A stretch of DNA of 64,000 bases from an uncultured delta proteobacterium (GCA_963848295.1 CAWKDB010000011.1:544001-608000); one strand, 5' to 3'; shown: positions 39,371 through 53,714, counted from the stretch's first letter. Numbers and translations: made by a program. The notes: a model not told the origin generated them from the sequence alone.

Positions 39371-41953
39371 ATGTCGCGCGCGCTCCTGGTCGTCGCCCTG
39401 GTCGCGCTCGGCCAAGCCTCGGCGTCCGCGAGTTGCCCGGCGCAGCTACCGGCCAAGACCCTGCCGATCGCGCGTGGCTCGATCGTGGTCGACGGAGTGC
39501 TCGACGACGCGACGTGGGCAGACGCGTGCTTCGCCGAGGACTTCGAGCAGAAGCAGCCGGTCTACCGCGCGAAGCCGAGCCATCCGGTGAAGGTCGCGAT
39601 CGCGATCGCGGGCGACACGTTGTACGTCGGCGCGCGGATGTGGGCGGCGAGCCGCGCCGACATCGACGACGCGCTCACCCAACGCGACGACACGAGCCAG
39701 GCCGAGCGCTTCATCGTGTCGTTCGATCCGTCGAACACCAAGCGGCTTGCGTACAGCTTCGCGGTGACCGCGCGCGGCGTGCGCGCCGACTGGATCCACA
39801 CCGATGACAACGAGTACCAGCGCGACATGTCGTGGAACCCGGTGTGGATCGCGAAGGCGCGGATCCTCGACGACGGCTGGTCGGTCGAGATGGCAATCCC
39901 GATCTCGCAGCTCCGGCTGCCGCGCACGCCGGCGGCGAGCTGGGGCGTCGACTTCGATTGGTACATCCCGCATACCAACGAGGACGTATTCTGGCGCGCG
40001 GTCCCGCCCGATCGCACGGCGTGGGCGAGCTACTTCGGCGCGTTGACCGACCTGCCGCCGATCCATCCGGGGCTACGGCTCGAGCTCCTGCCCTACGTCG
40101 CGAGCCAGGTCGCGATCGACGAGTCGCCGACCGACCGGCTCGCGCATCGCATCGGGGCGGGCTTCGAGGCGGGCGTCGATCTCAAGCTTCAGCCGCTGCC
40201 CGGGCTCGCCGTCACCGCGACGCTCAACCCCGATTTCGGCCAGGTCGATGCCGACCCGGAGTTCGTCAACCTGACCGCGTACGAGGTGCGACTGCCGGAG
40301 CGTCGGCCGTTCTTCGTCGAGAACAACTCGCTGTTCGCGAACGCCGGTGGCAACTACTTCTACAGCCGGCGGATCGGCGGCTTGCCGCGCGGCGGCACCG
40401 AGCTCCCCGACGACGACGATCTGGCGTTGCCGCAGCAAGAGCGCATCCTCGGCGCGGTCGCGGCCGGCGGCTACGTCGCGCCGCATACGCAGATCGCCGT
40501 GCTGAGCGCGGTCACCGATCGCACGTCGGCGGATGCGATCGTCGCGGGCAAGCACACGACCGATCTGGTGTCGCCGCTGACCTCGTTCTCCGCGGCGCGG
40601 ATCGAGCAGCAGCTCGGCAACTCGGTGCTCGGCGCGACCGGCACGCTCGTCGAGCGCGCGCTCGGCACCACGAACCTCGGCTCGCTGTTGCCCGACGCCG
40701 CTGGCGTGATCGGCGTCGACGGCCGGATCCGCTCGAGCGATCGCACGTACGAGCTGCGGCCGTACGCCGGGCTCACCGGGATCTGGGGCAGCGCCGGCGC
40801 GATCACGACGGTCGAGGAGTCGTCGGCACATCTGTTCCAGCGCCCCGATCAGCCGCACGTCCACCTCGATCTCGACGCGCATCACATGTACGGCTGGCAC
40901 GCCGGGACACAGGCGACCAAGCGCCAGGGCATGTGGCAGGGCGGCGGCTTCGTCAACTTCGAGTCGCCGGGCTTCGATCTCAACGACCTCGGAGCGCTGC
41001 AGAGCGCCGATGACATCGACGCCGGAGCGAACATCGACCGTCTCGTCACGACGCCGACCGAGGATCTGTTCTCGTGGGACGTCGGGGGCGGTGCGAGCAC
41101 GTCGTGGAACTTCGGAGGGCTGCGCAACCCGGTCGATGTCAACGCCGAAGCCAACGCCACGCTCGCGAACTTCGACAGCGGTGGGGTCAACCTCGACGTC
41201 TATACGCCCGGCGGCTCGGACGACCTGACGCGCGGCGGCCCACGGATGGAGGTCGGTTGGGCGAGCGAGCTCGACCTCAGCGTGTCGACGCCCTATGGCC
41301 GCGCGCGCCAGCTGTCGGGCAGGATCGCGATCGACGTCAGCCCGACGCTGGTCCAGGGCGCGACCGGGTCGGCGACGTTCAACTGGCGCGCGGCCCCCGC
41401 GTTGCGATTCGACATCTCGCCGACCGTGACCGACATCGAGAATCATCGCCAATACGTCGACACCCTCACCGACGTCGGCGGCGGCGACCAGACGTTCGGT
41501 GCGCGCTACCTGTTCGGTCATCTCCACCGCGAGGAAGCGTCGCTCGTGCTGCGCGCGACGTGGTCGCTGTCGCCCGATCTCGTGTTCACGCTGTACGCGC
41601 AGCCGTTCGTGTCGGTCGGCAGCTACGACGAGCTCGGCGAGCTCGCCGCGCCGGGCACCGACGTCGTGCGCTGGTACCCGATGACGCAGCAGCTGTACGG
41701 GTTGCGCTTCGTCGACGACAGCGGCGCGCGATTCTCGGTCGCCGATCCGGACTACACCGTCGCATCGGTGCGATCGACCGCGGTGCTGCGCTGGGAGTTT
41801 CGTCCGGGCTCGACGCTCTACCTGGTGTGGCAGCAATCCCGCGGCGGTGCCGATCAGCCGATGCCGACGCCGTTCGCGCGCGCGTCGAGCGAGATCGTGA
41901 CGCAGCCGGCGATCCACACGCTCGCGGTCAAGCTGTCGTACTGGTTCGGGTAG
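39371..41953 (+). CDS. DUF5916-like protein (CBM9/DOMON-like N-domain + outer-membrane barrel)
   Basis: Start ATG 39371 with signal peptide; IVVDGVLDD, GWSVEMAIP, TLNPDFGQVDAD, ERRPFFVE; ends KLSYWFG. Confidence 0.88.
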   Translation: MSRALLVVALVALGQASASASCPAQLPAKTLPIARGSIVVDGVLDDATWADACFAEDFEQKQPVYRAKPSHPVKVAIAIAGDTLYVGARMWAASRADIDDALTQRDDTSQAERFIVSFDPSNTKRLAYSFAVTARGVRADWIHTDDNEYQRDMSWNPVWIAKARILDDGWSVEMAIPISQLRLPRTPAASWGVDFDWYIPHTNEDVFWRAVPPDRTAWASYFGALTDLPPIHPGLRLELLPYVASQVAIDESPTDRLAHRIGAGFEAGVDLKLQPLPGLAVTATLNPDFGQVDADPEFVNLTAYEVRLPERRPFFVENNSLFANAGGNYFYSRRIGGLPRGGTELPDDDDLALPQQERILGAVAAGGYVAPHTQIAVLSAVTDRTSADAIVAGKHTTDLVSPLTSFSAARIEQQLGNSVLGATGTLVERALGTTNLGSLLPDAAGVIGVDGRIRSSDRTYELRPYAGLTGIWGSAGAITTVEESSAHLFQRPDQPHVHLDLDAHHMYGWHAGTQATKRQGMWQGGGFVNFESPGFDLNDLGALQSADDIDAGANIDRLVTTPTEDLFSWDVGGGASTSWNFGGLRNPVDVNAEANATLANFDSGGVNLDVYTPGGSDDLTRGGPRMEVGWASELDLSVSTPYGRARQLSGRIAIDVSPTLVQGATGSATFNWRAAPALRFDISPTVTDIENHRQYVDTLTDVGGGDQTFGARYLFGHLHREEASLVLRATWSLSPDLVFTLYAQPFVSVGSYDELGELAAPGTDVVRWYPMTQQLYGLRFVDDSGARFSVADPDYTVASVRSTAVLRWEFRPGSTLYLVWQQSRGGADQPMPTPFARASSEIVTQPAIHTLAVKLSYWFG

Positions 41954-41973
41954 TCGGAACACGCCGGTGTGAT

Positions 41974-43251
41974 TCAAACGCGCGGCTTCGTCACGACGAG
42001 GTGCGCTTCTTTGTCCTTGTCGACGTAGCCGAACCGGAAGGGCAGCTTGCGCCGCGGCTGGTCGCGCCAGAGCGTGATGAACGCGTCGTCGTGGCGCGTC
42101 GCCTGCTCGTTCGCGAGGAACGCGCCGTGATAGTGGCCGTAGGTCTCTTGGACCATCCCGGCCTCGGATGCGTACGCCGGTGGGATGCCGGTCGAGTCCG
42201 ACAACATCCACGCGAGGTGATCGAGCATGTAGCCGCGGATCAGCGAGAAGTCGGAGTGCCACAACAGGTAGCTGCCGCCCTTCGTCAGGATCGTGACCTT
42301 GCCCTTCTGCTCGAGGTGACGGATCAGCTGCGGATGCTTCTCCATGTACTCATCGCCGAGGTTCCACGCGATGTGGCGATGGACGCGCACCGTGGTCTCG
42401 CCGATCTTGCGGTACTGGATCTCGACGTTCGCGAACGCGGTCGAGAAGCTCGGCGACTGCCAATCGTGCTTGAGGCCGTGGGCGTGGTGGTCGTGCGCTT
42501 GCTTGTCGAGCGCATCGATCTCGGCTTGCTCCAGGTAGTGGATATCGCCGACTTCGTCGAGCGTGAAGTACCGCATCGACAGCGGCTCGTAGCCACCGGC
42601 GACCAGGCCGAGCAAGAACGAGCTGACCTGGCCCGGAAGATCGTTGCGCTGCTGCGCCGACAGGTTGAGGCTGGTGTTCGAGCCGACCGAGATCAAGCCG
42701 CCGATCTCGGCGCGCAAGGCGCCGAGGCTGCGGTCGAGCGCAGCGGCCGGCAAACCTTCGATCCGGCGCGGATCGCCGGCGAGCTCGAGCGAGATCGTCG
42801 TGATCTCGGTCGCGTCGGGGAACGCGACCAATGCCGAGATCAGGTCGCCGCCGCCGAACGGGTAGACGACGGTCTTCGGCGCGTCTTTCGGCACCACGCC
42901 GTCGAACCACGGCCGACTCGCGACGAAGTACGCGGCGCGGAACTTCTCGATCTGCTCGCGGATCCGCTTGCAGTGGTGATCGACGATCGCTTGCAGCTTC
43001 GGATCGGCGGCGATCCGGTCGGGCAACGGGCCGTCGGCGCACGCCGCGACGCGTTCGAGCAGCCTGGCGTCGGCGATGAACTCGGCGCCGGGCAACGCGG
43101 GTGGTGCAGGCGCCGCGGGGGCGATCGCGGCAGAGCCCGCGGTGATCGCGCGCGGGATCGGGCTCGCGCTACCGGTCTCGGTCCGGGTCGACGCTTGCGA
43201 GCCGTGACAACCGGCGGCGACGAGCCCGGCGAAGACGATTGCGGTTCGCAT
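41974..43251 (-). CDS. Hypothetical lipoprotein with enzyme-like motifs
   Basis: MRTAIVFAGLVAAGC; YPFGGGD, KGGSYLLW, DSTGIP, LPFRFGY. Confidence 0.8.
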   Translation of the reverse strand: MRTAIVFAGLVAAGCHGSQASTRTETGSASPIPRAITAGSAAIAPAAPAPPALPGAEFIADARLLERVAACADGPLPDRIAADPKLQAIVDHHCKRIREQIEKFRAAYFVASRPWFDGVVPKDAPKTVVYPFGGGDLISALVAFPDATEITTISLELAGDPRRIEGLPAAALDRSLGALRAEIGGLISVGSNTSLNLSAQQRNDLPGQVSSFLLGLVAGGYEPLSMRYFTLDEVGDIHYLEQAEIDALDKQAHDHHAHGLKHDWQSPSFSTAFANVEIQYRKIGETTVRVHRHIAWNLGDEYMEKHPQLIRHLEQKGKVTILTKGGSYLLWHSDFSLIRGYMLDHLAWMLSDSTGIPPAYASEAGMVQETYGHYHGAFLANEQATRHDDAFITLWRDQPRRKLPFRFGYVDKDKEAHLVVTKPRV

Positions 43252-43261
43252 GCCGGGTACC

Positions 43262-43287
43262 AACGCTCCAATCGTGGTCACGATTCC
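43262..43287 (-). promoter_or_regulatory. Putative ECF promoter (different class from 38218/38465)
   Basis: GGAATC-N16-CGTT, 10 nt before ATG 43251. Confidence 0.45.
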
Positions 43288-43341
43288 AGGGTACGACGAT
43301 CTCGGCGGGCGACGCGAACTTACGCCCCCCGGCAAACGTCC

Positions 43342-45202
<1,861 letters not shown>

Positions 45203-45336
45203 GGCGGCCCAGACTATAGATCCGCCGTACGGGAAAGCGCAGGCGTTGACGTAAGCGAATCCGCGTCCGCGCGCGGAATCGCTTACAGCTGCGCTTACGG
45301 TTATGACCACGCGGTGGCCTGAGCTAGCCTCGGGGC

Positions 45337-47299
45337 GTGGCGTCCTCGACCGAATGGCTCGACGAGCTAGCAGCGGCGTGGCGCGCCGAGCGGATGGCGG
45401 TGCGCGCGCAGGTCGCGCTCGAGCGATCGGGGCGCTCGCTCGCCGAGCGGGTCGCGCTCGGGATCGCGCTGTCGAGCCTGCGCATCATCGACGAGCGATC
45501 GGCGCCGGGCGATCGCGTGCGCGTCCAGGTCACGGTGCCGGACGCGATCGATCTCGACAACTTACGGATCGCGCCCGGCGATCCAGTCCGGCTGTGGGGC
45601 GAATCGCCCGACGAGCCGTCGTCGGTGCGCGGCATACTCGAGCGCCGCGAAGAGCAGACCCTGTGGCTGATGCTCGATCGCCCGGTCGACGAGCTCGATC
45701 GCGATTACGCGCTCGATCCCGAGACGCCGGAGGTCACGTTCGACCGCGGCGACGCCGCGATCGCGCGCACGAAGGCTGCACTCGCGAACTCGGACCTCGC
45801 GCGGATTCGCGAAGTCTGTCGCGCTCGCCCGTCCGCCCCGCCCGCTCGCGCCGCTGTCGTGGTCGCCGCTCGATGCCGAGCTCGACGACCGCCAGCGCGC
45901 CGCGGTCGACGCCGGCTTGCGCAGCGGCGATGTCGCGCTCGTGCACGGCCCGCCGGGCACCGGCAAGACGCGCACGCTGGTCGAGATCGTGCGGCAACGC
46001 GTCGCGCGCGGGGAGCGCGTGTTGTGCGTCGCGCCCTCGAACACCGCGGTCGACAACCTCGGCCTCCGCCTCGCGGCCGCCGGCACCCACGCCGTTCGGC
46101 TCGGTCACGCGGCACGGGTCGCGCCCGCGCTCGTCGAGCTCACGCTCGAAGCCCAGCTCGAAGCCTACGGCGCCACCGAGCTCGCTCGCGAGTGGCGCGA
46201 TCGCGCCGGCACGCTGCGCAGGGCCGCACTCGGCAAGTCCGCGGCAGCCGCGCGCGAGCTGTGGACCGAAGCCCGCGCCCTCGATCGCGATGCCGCACGC
46301 GAGCTCGCGAACGCGGAGCGCGCGATCCTCGACCGCGCCGAGGTCGTGCTCGCGACGTGCGTCGGGGCGGACCATCCGCTGCTGCGCGAGGCGAGCGAGG
46401 ACCACGATGGCGACGCGATGTTCGATTGCGTCGTGATCGACGAGGCGACCCAGGCGCCCGATCCGTTGCTGCTCGTCGCGCTGGGCCGCGGCAAGGTCGG
46501 TGTGCTCGCGGGCGATCCGTTGCAACTCGGCCCGGTCATCACCGGCGGCCCATCGGTCGAGGCCGTGCTCGGCACCACGGTGTTCGAGCGCCTGATCGCG
46601 AGCGGGGTCGCCGGCAACATGCTCGAGCAGCAGTACCGGATGCACGAGCAGATCATGACGTTCCCGTCGCGCTCGATGTACGCAGGCCGGCTGCGCGCCG
46701 CGCCCGAGGTCGCCGACCATAGACTCGAGCAACTGGGCGCGCTACCCGACGCCGCGCGACCGCGACCGCTGTGGCTGGTCGATACCGCGGGCAAGGACTG
46801 GCTCGAAGAACGCACCGACTTCGAGCCCGGCGGCTCGCTGACCGGCTCGCCCGCGTACCAGGTCGATCCGAGCACGTTCAACACCGGCAACGCGCTGCGC
46901 ACCGCGGCCGAAGCGCGCCGGTTGCTGTCGCGCGGGATCGCGCCCACCGATCTCGCGATCATCGCCGCGTACTCGGCGCAGGCCCGCCGGCTGCGCGAGA
47001 TCCTCAAGGTCGAACGCGCCGCCGGCGTCGAGGTCGGCACGGTCGACGGCTTTCAAGGGCGCGAGAAAGAGGCCGTGATCGTCGATCTCGTGCGCAGCAA
47101 CCTGTCGGGTGAGCTCGGGTTTCTCGCGAACACCCGGCGGATGAACGTCGCGTTGACCCGCGCGCGCCGGTTCCTGCTCGTCATCGCGGACTCGGCGACG
47201 CTCGGCGCGAACCCTTATTACGCGGAGCTGATCTCGTATCTCGATTCGATCGATGCGCACGGGAGCGCGTGGAGCGACGACGCCGAGCCCTTGCGATGA
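45337..47299 (+). CDS. SF1 Upf1/IGHMBP2-like helicase; net +1 frameshift near 45817
   Basis: GPPGTGKT, APSNTAVD, DEATQ, GDPLQL, QYRM, TVDGFQGREK, RRMNVALTRAR. Confidence 0.9.
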
Positions 47300-47832
47300 C
47301 TTCGCAGATCTGCGATCACCGGATCGTGACCGCAATTCGAATCACCTTACTCGCCGTTCTCGTCGCGTGTGTGCCCGCGTGCGAGAAGACCGACGACACC
47401 CAGGTCTTGATCGACGAAGCGCACGACCTCGCCCATCACTCCACGCCAGAGCTCGACCACCTCGAGCACCGGGCGCGAGACATCGACCGGGCGTATTCCC
47501 ACGACGGTGCGTCGGGCCGACTGCTCGCCCAGGCGCGCGAAACGCTCGCGCGCTTGCGCGCGATCGAGACCGCGCTCGACCGCGTCGGCGCCGGTGGTCA
47601 CGAAGCCGAGAAGCCCGGCGGCCAGGCCGAGACGGATGCGAGCGCGATCGCCGCGCTCGTCGACGATGCCCGAACCAAGCTCGACGAGGGGATCGCCGAG
47701 GTCGGCGGCGATCTCGATTCGGTCGAGTCCGCCGGCGACGCGGCGCGGCGCGAGAGCATGACCCAACCGGCACCGAGCGCGATCAGCGCGACTCCCGGCG
47801 CGGACCCGACGCCCGCCTCGCCTGGCGAGTAG
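47296..47832 (+). CDS. Hypothetical helical lipoprotein
   Basis: LLAVLVACVPAC signal; start either ATG 47296 (ATGA overlap) or GTG 47326. Confidence 0.65.
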   Translation: MTSQICDHRIVTAIRITLLAVLVACVPACEKTDDTQVLIDEAHDLAHHSTPELDHLEHRARDIDRAYSHDGASGRLLAQARETLARLRAIETALDRVGAGGHEAEKPGGQAETDASAIAALVDDARTKLDEGIAEVGGDLDSVESAGDAARRESMTQPAPSAISATPGADPTPASPGE

Positions 47833-47847
47833 GCTACACTTGGCGGG

Positions 47848-49343
<1,496 letters not shown>

Positions 49344-49347
<4 letters not shown>

Positions 49348-49775
49348 TCGCCCCCGGCCAGATGCCGCCGCTCCGCGTGGTCCGGCTGCGCAGGCTTGCC
49401 TACATTCGCGTGCGCCGGCGCGGCCCGCGCCGGATGAAATCTCCGGTCATCGCGATCGGCGTGCGCGACACTGAGCCAACACATGGAACGAGGCAGCGCA
49501 CGCTGGCGAGTGGGGAGGTGAGCTTCGATCACGGCCCCGCCGAGTTTCCGATCGCGACCCTGCGGCCGCGCGCACCGATCGCGACGCTGACCGCGTGGGG
49601 CGGCGATCTCCAGCGCTGGCTCGGCAAACGCGTCGCGTTCCTGCGGGCGCGCACGATTCCGTTGATCGTCGCGGTGGTCGGCATGATCGCGACCAGCGCG
49701 GCCGGGCAGTATCTGCAGCGGGCTCAGGCGCGCGACGTCCCCGCCACCTGGACCTCGACCCTCGACACGCGCTGA
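49344..49775 (+). CDS. Hypothetical small membrane protein
   Basis: GTGA overlap with DUF362 stop; TM IPLIVAVVGMIA; fills the gap between two genes. Confidence 0.5.
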
Positions 49776-49811
49776 CCGGATCGACGCAGCGAACCGGTAT
49801 AGGCTCCGCGC

Positions 49812-50636
49812 ATGACCGTGCGTGTCGTTCATCATATCAACTGCCTGACGATGTGTCCGGTTGCCGGACGGTTGCTGGGCTTGCCGCCCGGACCTTCCGG
49901 CCAGGCGCGGATGGTGGCCCACTGCCTCGTGATCGAGACCGAGCGCGATGGCCTCGTGCTGGTCGACACCGGATTCGGTACGCGCGACCTCGAAGGCAAG
50001 ACCGGCGTGCCTCGCGCGTTCCTCGCGATCGTGCGGCCCGCCATGGATCCGGCCGAGCCCGCGATCGCGCAGATCAGCGCGCTCGGCTATCACGCGTCCG
50101 ACGTGCGCCACGTCGTCGTCACTCACCTCGACGTCGATCATGCGGGCGGCATCGGCGACTTCCCCGCGGCGCGCGTCCACTTGCACGCGCGCGAACATGC
50201 CGCCGCGATCGCTCCCGCGACCCTGCGCGAACGCGAGCGCTACATCCCGGCGCACTGGTCACACGGTCCCCACTGGGAGGTCTACAGCGAGAACGGCGAC
50301 ACCTGGCGCGGCCTGCCCGCGATCGCGCGGCTGCGCGGCATCGACGCCGACATCGGCCTCTTGCCCATGCACGGCCACACGCGCGGCCACTCGGCCGTGA
50401 TCGTGCGCGAGCGAGAGCGCTGGCTCGTCCATGCCGGCGACGCTTACTTCCATCACAACATGCTCGCGGGTCATCGCACACCGTTCGGGCTCGCCGCGTT
50501 CGAGACCCTGGTGCAGATCGATCCGAACGCGCGCAAGGCGTCCGCCGCCGCGCTGCGCGAGCTGCACACCAAGTACGACGACCTAGACGTGTTCTGCGCG
50601 CACGACCCGGTCGAGTACGAGGCGTTTCACAGCTGA
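49812..50636 (+). CDS. Metallo-beta-lactamase-fold hydrolase (AHL-lactonase/MPH-like subgroup)
   Basis: LVDTG, THLDVDHAGG, GHTRGH, AGDA, CAHD. Confidence 0.9.
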   Translation: MTVRVVHHINCLTMCPVAGRLLGLPPGPSGQARMVAHCLVIETERDGLVLVDTGFGTRDLEGKTGVPRAFLAIVRPAMDPAEPAIAQISALGYHASDVRHVVVTHLDVDHAGGIGDFPAARVHLHAREHAAAIAPATLRERERYIPAHWSHGPHWEVYSENGDTWRGLPAIARLRGIDADIGLLPMHGHTRGHSAVIVRERERWLVHAGDAYFHHNMLAGHRTPFGLAAFETLVQIDPNARKASAAALRELHTKYDDLDVFCAHDPVEYEAFHS

Positions 50637-51371
50637 TCAGTTGCCGACGACCGTGACGTACGTGATCGTGCCGGCGGCGAGCGGAACCGCACCGCCGCCG
50701 ATGCCACCCGCGCCGCCGATCGTCACGTTCGTCGTGCCGCCGAGCGGCAGCGTGATGTTCGGGAAGAACACGTCGACCCCGGTCGCGCCCGCGGCCCAGG
50801 TCGTGCCGTCGAATGCCTGCGCGGCGAGCGAGGTCGCGTCGATCGAGATCGGGCTCTGCGTGCCCTCGACGTGAACGAACAGCTGGCCCATCGCCTGATC
50901 GAACGTCGCGCTGAAGCTCGCGTAGAACGTCGTCTCGCGCGAGGTCTCCATCGAGCGCGAGCTGAACAGCTTGTTCGTCGCGATCACCGCCCGATTCGCG
51001 ATCGCGATCCCGGGGATCGCATACGTGCCCATGTCGACCGTGCATTGCGACGCATCGGTCGGCTCGACGATGTCGACCTGGGTCTCGCCGGGATTCAGGC
51101 ACAGCTCGAACCGACCGTTCGGGTTCGTGCTGTCGGTCGTCGTATCGCCGTGGACCGTCCAGTGCGCGCCGAAGATCCCGCAGAACCCAGCGCCATCGTT
51201 CGAGTCCCAGTCGACGAACTCGCCAGTGAAGAACGTCTGGCCGGCGGCGCAGCGACCGGCGTCGATCGGCACGTCGGGCGTCGCGTCGATCGCGGCGTCG
51301 TGCTGCTTGACGCCGTCGTCGCCGCACGCACCTGCCGCGAATACGAGCGCGAGCAACGCGCAGCACTTCAT
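50637..51371 (-). CDS. Hypothetical lipoprotein
   Basis: MKCCALLALVFAAGAC-GDDG lipobox, DAAIDA linker. Confidence 0.8.
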   Translation of the reverse strand: MKCCALLALVFAAGACGDDGVKQHDAAIDATPDVPIDAGRCAAGQTFFTGEFVDWDSNDGAGFCGIFGAHWTVHGDTTTDSTNPNGRFELCLNPGETQVDIVEPTDASQCTVDMGTYAIPGIAIANRAVIATNKLFSSRSMETSRETTFYASFSATFDQAMGQLFVHVEGTQSPISIDATSLAAQAFDGTTWAAGATGVDVFFPNITLPLGGTTNVTIGGAGGIGGGAVPLAAGTITYVTVVGN

Positions 51372-51383
51372 ACCGGCAAGTTA

Positions 51384-53639
51384 TCACCTCTTCGTCATGG
51401 CGGGAGTCGCGCCCGACGCCGCCGGCGGCGCCGATGTCGGCTTCGTCACGTCGTCGAGCGTGAGCTCCGCGAGCGCGTCCTGGAACTGGACGCGGACCAG
51501 CATCGCCTTCTCTTCGGTGTCGACCACCGCGATCGTCGTCTTCTGCACGCGGTCCGAGATGTCGCGCATCTTGTCCTTGAGATGCGCCATCAGATCGCCG
51601 CCGGTCTTGACCGCTTGCAGCGAGAAGATCTGACCGTGCAGCTCGTCCATCCGCTCGCGGTAATCCGACAGCCGGCGCCGCAGGCTGGTCTGCTGCTCGC
51701 CGAGGTCGACGAGCGACTTGTGGAAGCCGAGCAGCTTCTTGAGCTGGTCGCGGAGCTCGACCGACGCCTCGGGTGCCTCGACGTAGAGCTTCATCATCTC
51801 GAGCGAGGCGTTCGCGTTGAGATCGAGGGTGCGCTGCATCGGCGTCGCCTCTTCGATCCGCACGCTCTTGACTTCGCCCGGCTGCAAGTCGACCTCGAAC
51901 AGGCGCGCGTCGCCGACGCGCTCGAACTTCGGCGGCGCATCGACGAGCGTCCAGCCCTTGCTCATCGTGTGGCGGATGTAGACGCGCGCGGGTTGCGGCA
52001 AGCGGTTCGTCAGGCTCAACGTCTCGCGCCGGATGTGCTGGACCTCGGCGGTCAGCACCCCGCGCTCGAGCGTGACGAGCTTCGCGATCTTGTCGTCCTC
52101 GCTGTCTTGGCGGTCGACCACGACCTGGCGATCGAGCGCGAACGGTACGACCGCCGACGATTTCGGCGCGATCGGTTCGGTCAGGCCTTCGCCGATGAAC
52201 CGCTCGTTGCCGTAGACCGTGACCGGCCCGGTCTCGAGCGTCGAGTCGGTCGGGTTGCGGAACCGAACCGCCCGGAACGCGAAGTGAGCGTTGCCGCGCT
52301 CGCTCTCGGCGTCGTACAGGTACACGACCTCGCCGTCGGTCTCGCCGCGGACCATCGACACCATCGCCGACGAGTCCTTCGCCACCGTCATCGGCTGGGT
52401 GCTCGCGAAGTGGCTCTCGCCCACCGGCTCGGTGTCGCTGTCGTCGACCTTGGCGATCTGTCCCTGCTGCTCCGCCGGCGCCGCTTCGGCGACGAGCCGG
52501 ACGTGCGCCGGGGTGTTGGCCTCGAGCTTCTTGACGATCTTGATCCGCGCCGGCGGCACGCCTTCGTCGATCAGCTGGTTGCGGACCAGGTTCGCGCGGT
52601 CGTCCGCGATCTCTTTCGCCTGCGGGCCATTCGCGTCGGCGAAGCTCTCGATCACGATCGTCTTGTTCGAGTGCACGATGCTCGGCGCGATCGACCTCAT
52701 CTTCGCGTCACCGGTCGCGACGCGCGTATCGACCTTGGCCTTGCGGGTGTGCTCGCGATGCCCGGCGCTCTTCGCCACGGTGGTTTCATCACGGTCGCCG
52801 TCACTGTCATCGTCGCCACCGTCGGAAGACTCCGCGCGTGGTGCGGATCGCATCCCCCCGGCGTTGGCCGATGGCGGAGCCGCCTGGATCGACGCGACCA
52901 CGTCGCCGGCCCCGGTCGTCCCCGCGACGGGCACGCCCAGGCTCGGGTTCGGATGGCCCGCCGGGCGGCGGATCTCGTCGTCGCCGATGTCGGTCAGCAA
53001 CTGTTCGCCGGCACCGTTGGCCTCCATCGTCGTGCCTTGCTGATACGGCGACATGCCACTCGGCGGCGCGAGCGCGAACTTCTCCTCGGACTGGAGCGTC
53101 GCGCGTTGGACCTGGCGCACGCTCCACAAGTCGTACTTGAACGACAGCGCGGACGACGACCCGACGCCGACCATCACGCCCTTCCAGTCCTCGCCCGAGG
53201 TGTTGTCGACGATCGCCCAGCCTTCGAGCATCACCTTGCCCTTGTCGCCGACCACGACCCGATAGCTCGGCTTCCACGCCGGCGCCTCGGTCACGTAGGT
53301 CATCACGACGTCGGCCTTGGCCTTCGTCGGCAACTGCAGCTTCATCACGAGCGACGCGCCGTCCTCGGTGCGATCGCGCGGGATCGCGATCGCGAGCGGC
53401 TGTTTCGTGTTCGCATCGACCACGGTCAGCGACTTCAGAAAATCATCGACCCGTTCGCGCGGCACGCGGATCGTCAGCACGCCGTCGGTGACCGTCGCGC
53501 GGCGCTCGTAGAACGCGACGCCGTTGCGATAGACGACGACGCGACCGAGCGCGACCTTATCGACGCTGACGTAGCTGCCACTCGCGCCGCACGCAGACAA
53601 CGCGGCAGCCATGAGAATTCCCGCGAGACTCTTCTTCAT
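51384..53639 (-). CDS. DUF4139-family lipoprotein with inserted OmpA-C-like segment and C-terminal coiled coil
   Basis: VVVYRNGVAFYER, DDFLKSL, PAWKPSYR, WAIVDNTSGEDW; DDRANLVRNQLIDEGVPPARI. Confidence 0.85.
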   Translation of the reverse strand: MKKSLAGILMAAALSACGASGSYVSVDKVALGRVVVYRNGVAFYERRATVTDGVLTIRVPRERVDDFLKSLTVVDANTKQPLAIAIPRDRTEDGASLVMKLQLPTKAKADVVMTYVTEAPAWKPSYRVVVGDKGKVMLEGWAIVDNTSGEDWKGVMVGVGSSSALSFKYDLWSVRQVQRATLQSEEKFALAPPSGMSPYQQGTTMEANGAGEQLLTDIGDDEIRRPAGHPNPSLGVPVAGTTGAGDVVASIQAAPPSANAGGMRSAPRAESSDGGDDDSDGDRDETTVAKSAGHREHTRKAKVDTRVATGDAKMRSIAPSIVHSNKTIVIESFADANGPQAKEIADDRANLVRNQLIDEGVPPARIKIVKKLEANTPAHVRLVAEAAPAEQQGQIAKVDDSDTEPVGESHFASTQPMTVAKDSSAMVSMVRGETDGEVVYLYDAESERGNAHFAFRAVRFRNPTDSTLETGPVTVYGNERFIGEGLTEPIAPKSSAVVPFALDRQVVVDRQDSEDDKIAKLVTLERGVLTAEVQHIRRETLSLTNRLPQPARVYIRHTMSKGWTLVDAPPKFERVGDARLFEVDLQPGEVKSVRIEEATPMQRTLDLNANASLEMMKLYVEAPEASVELRDQLKKLLGFHKSLVDLGEQQTSLRRRLSDYRERMDELHGQIFSLQAVKTGGDLMAHLKDKMRDISDRVQKTTIAVVDTEEKAMLVRVQFQDALAELTLDDVTKPTSAPPAASGATPAMTKR

Positions 53640-53714
53640 CTCGGCGCAAACGCATGGCCGCGGCTCGCGATCTACGAATTCGGGAACCGATCAAAGATCG
53701 CGGCGTCGCCGGTG

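Noticed and set aside
45337..47299. SF1 helicase as an anti-phage defence system
   Set aside because: No fused nuclease or neighbouring defence genes; resembles the stand-alone IGHMBP2-like type
53645..53660. sigma54-like CGGCCATGCGTTTGCG before the DUF4139 gene
   Set aside because: Predicted +1 would fall inside the signal-peptide coding sequence
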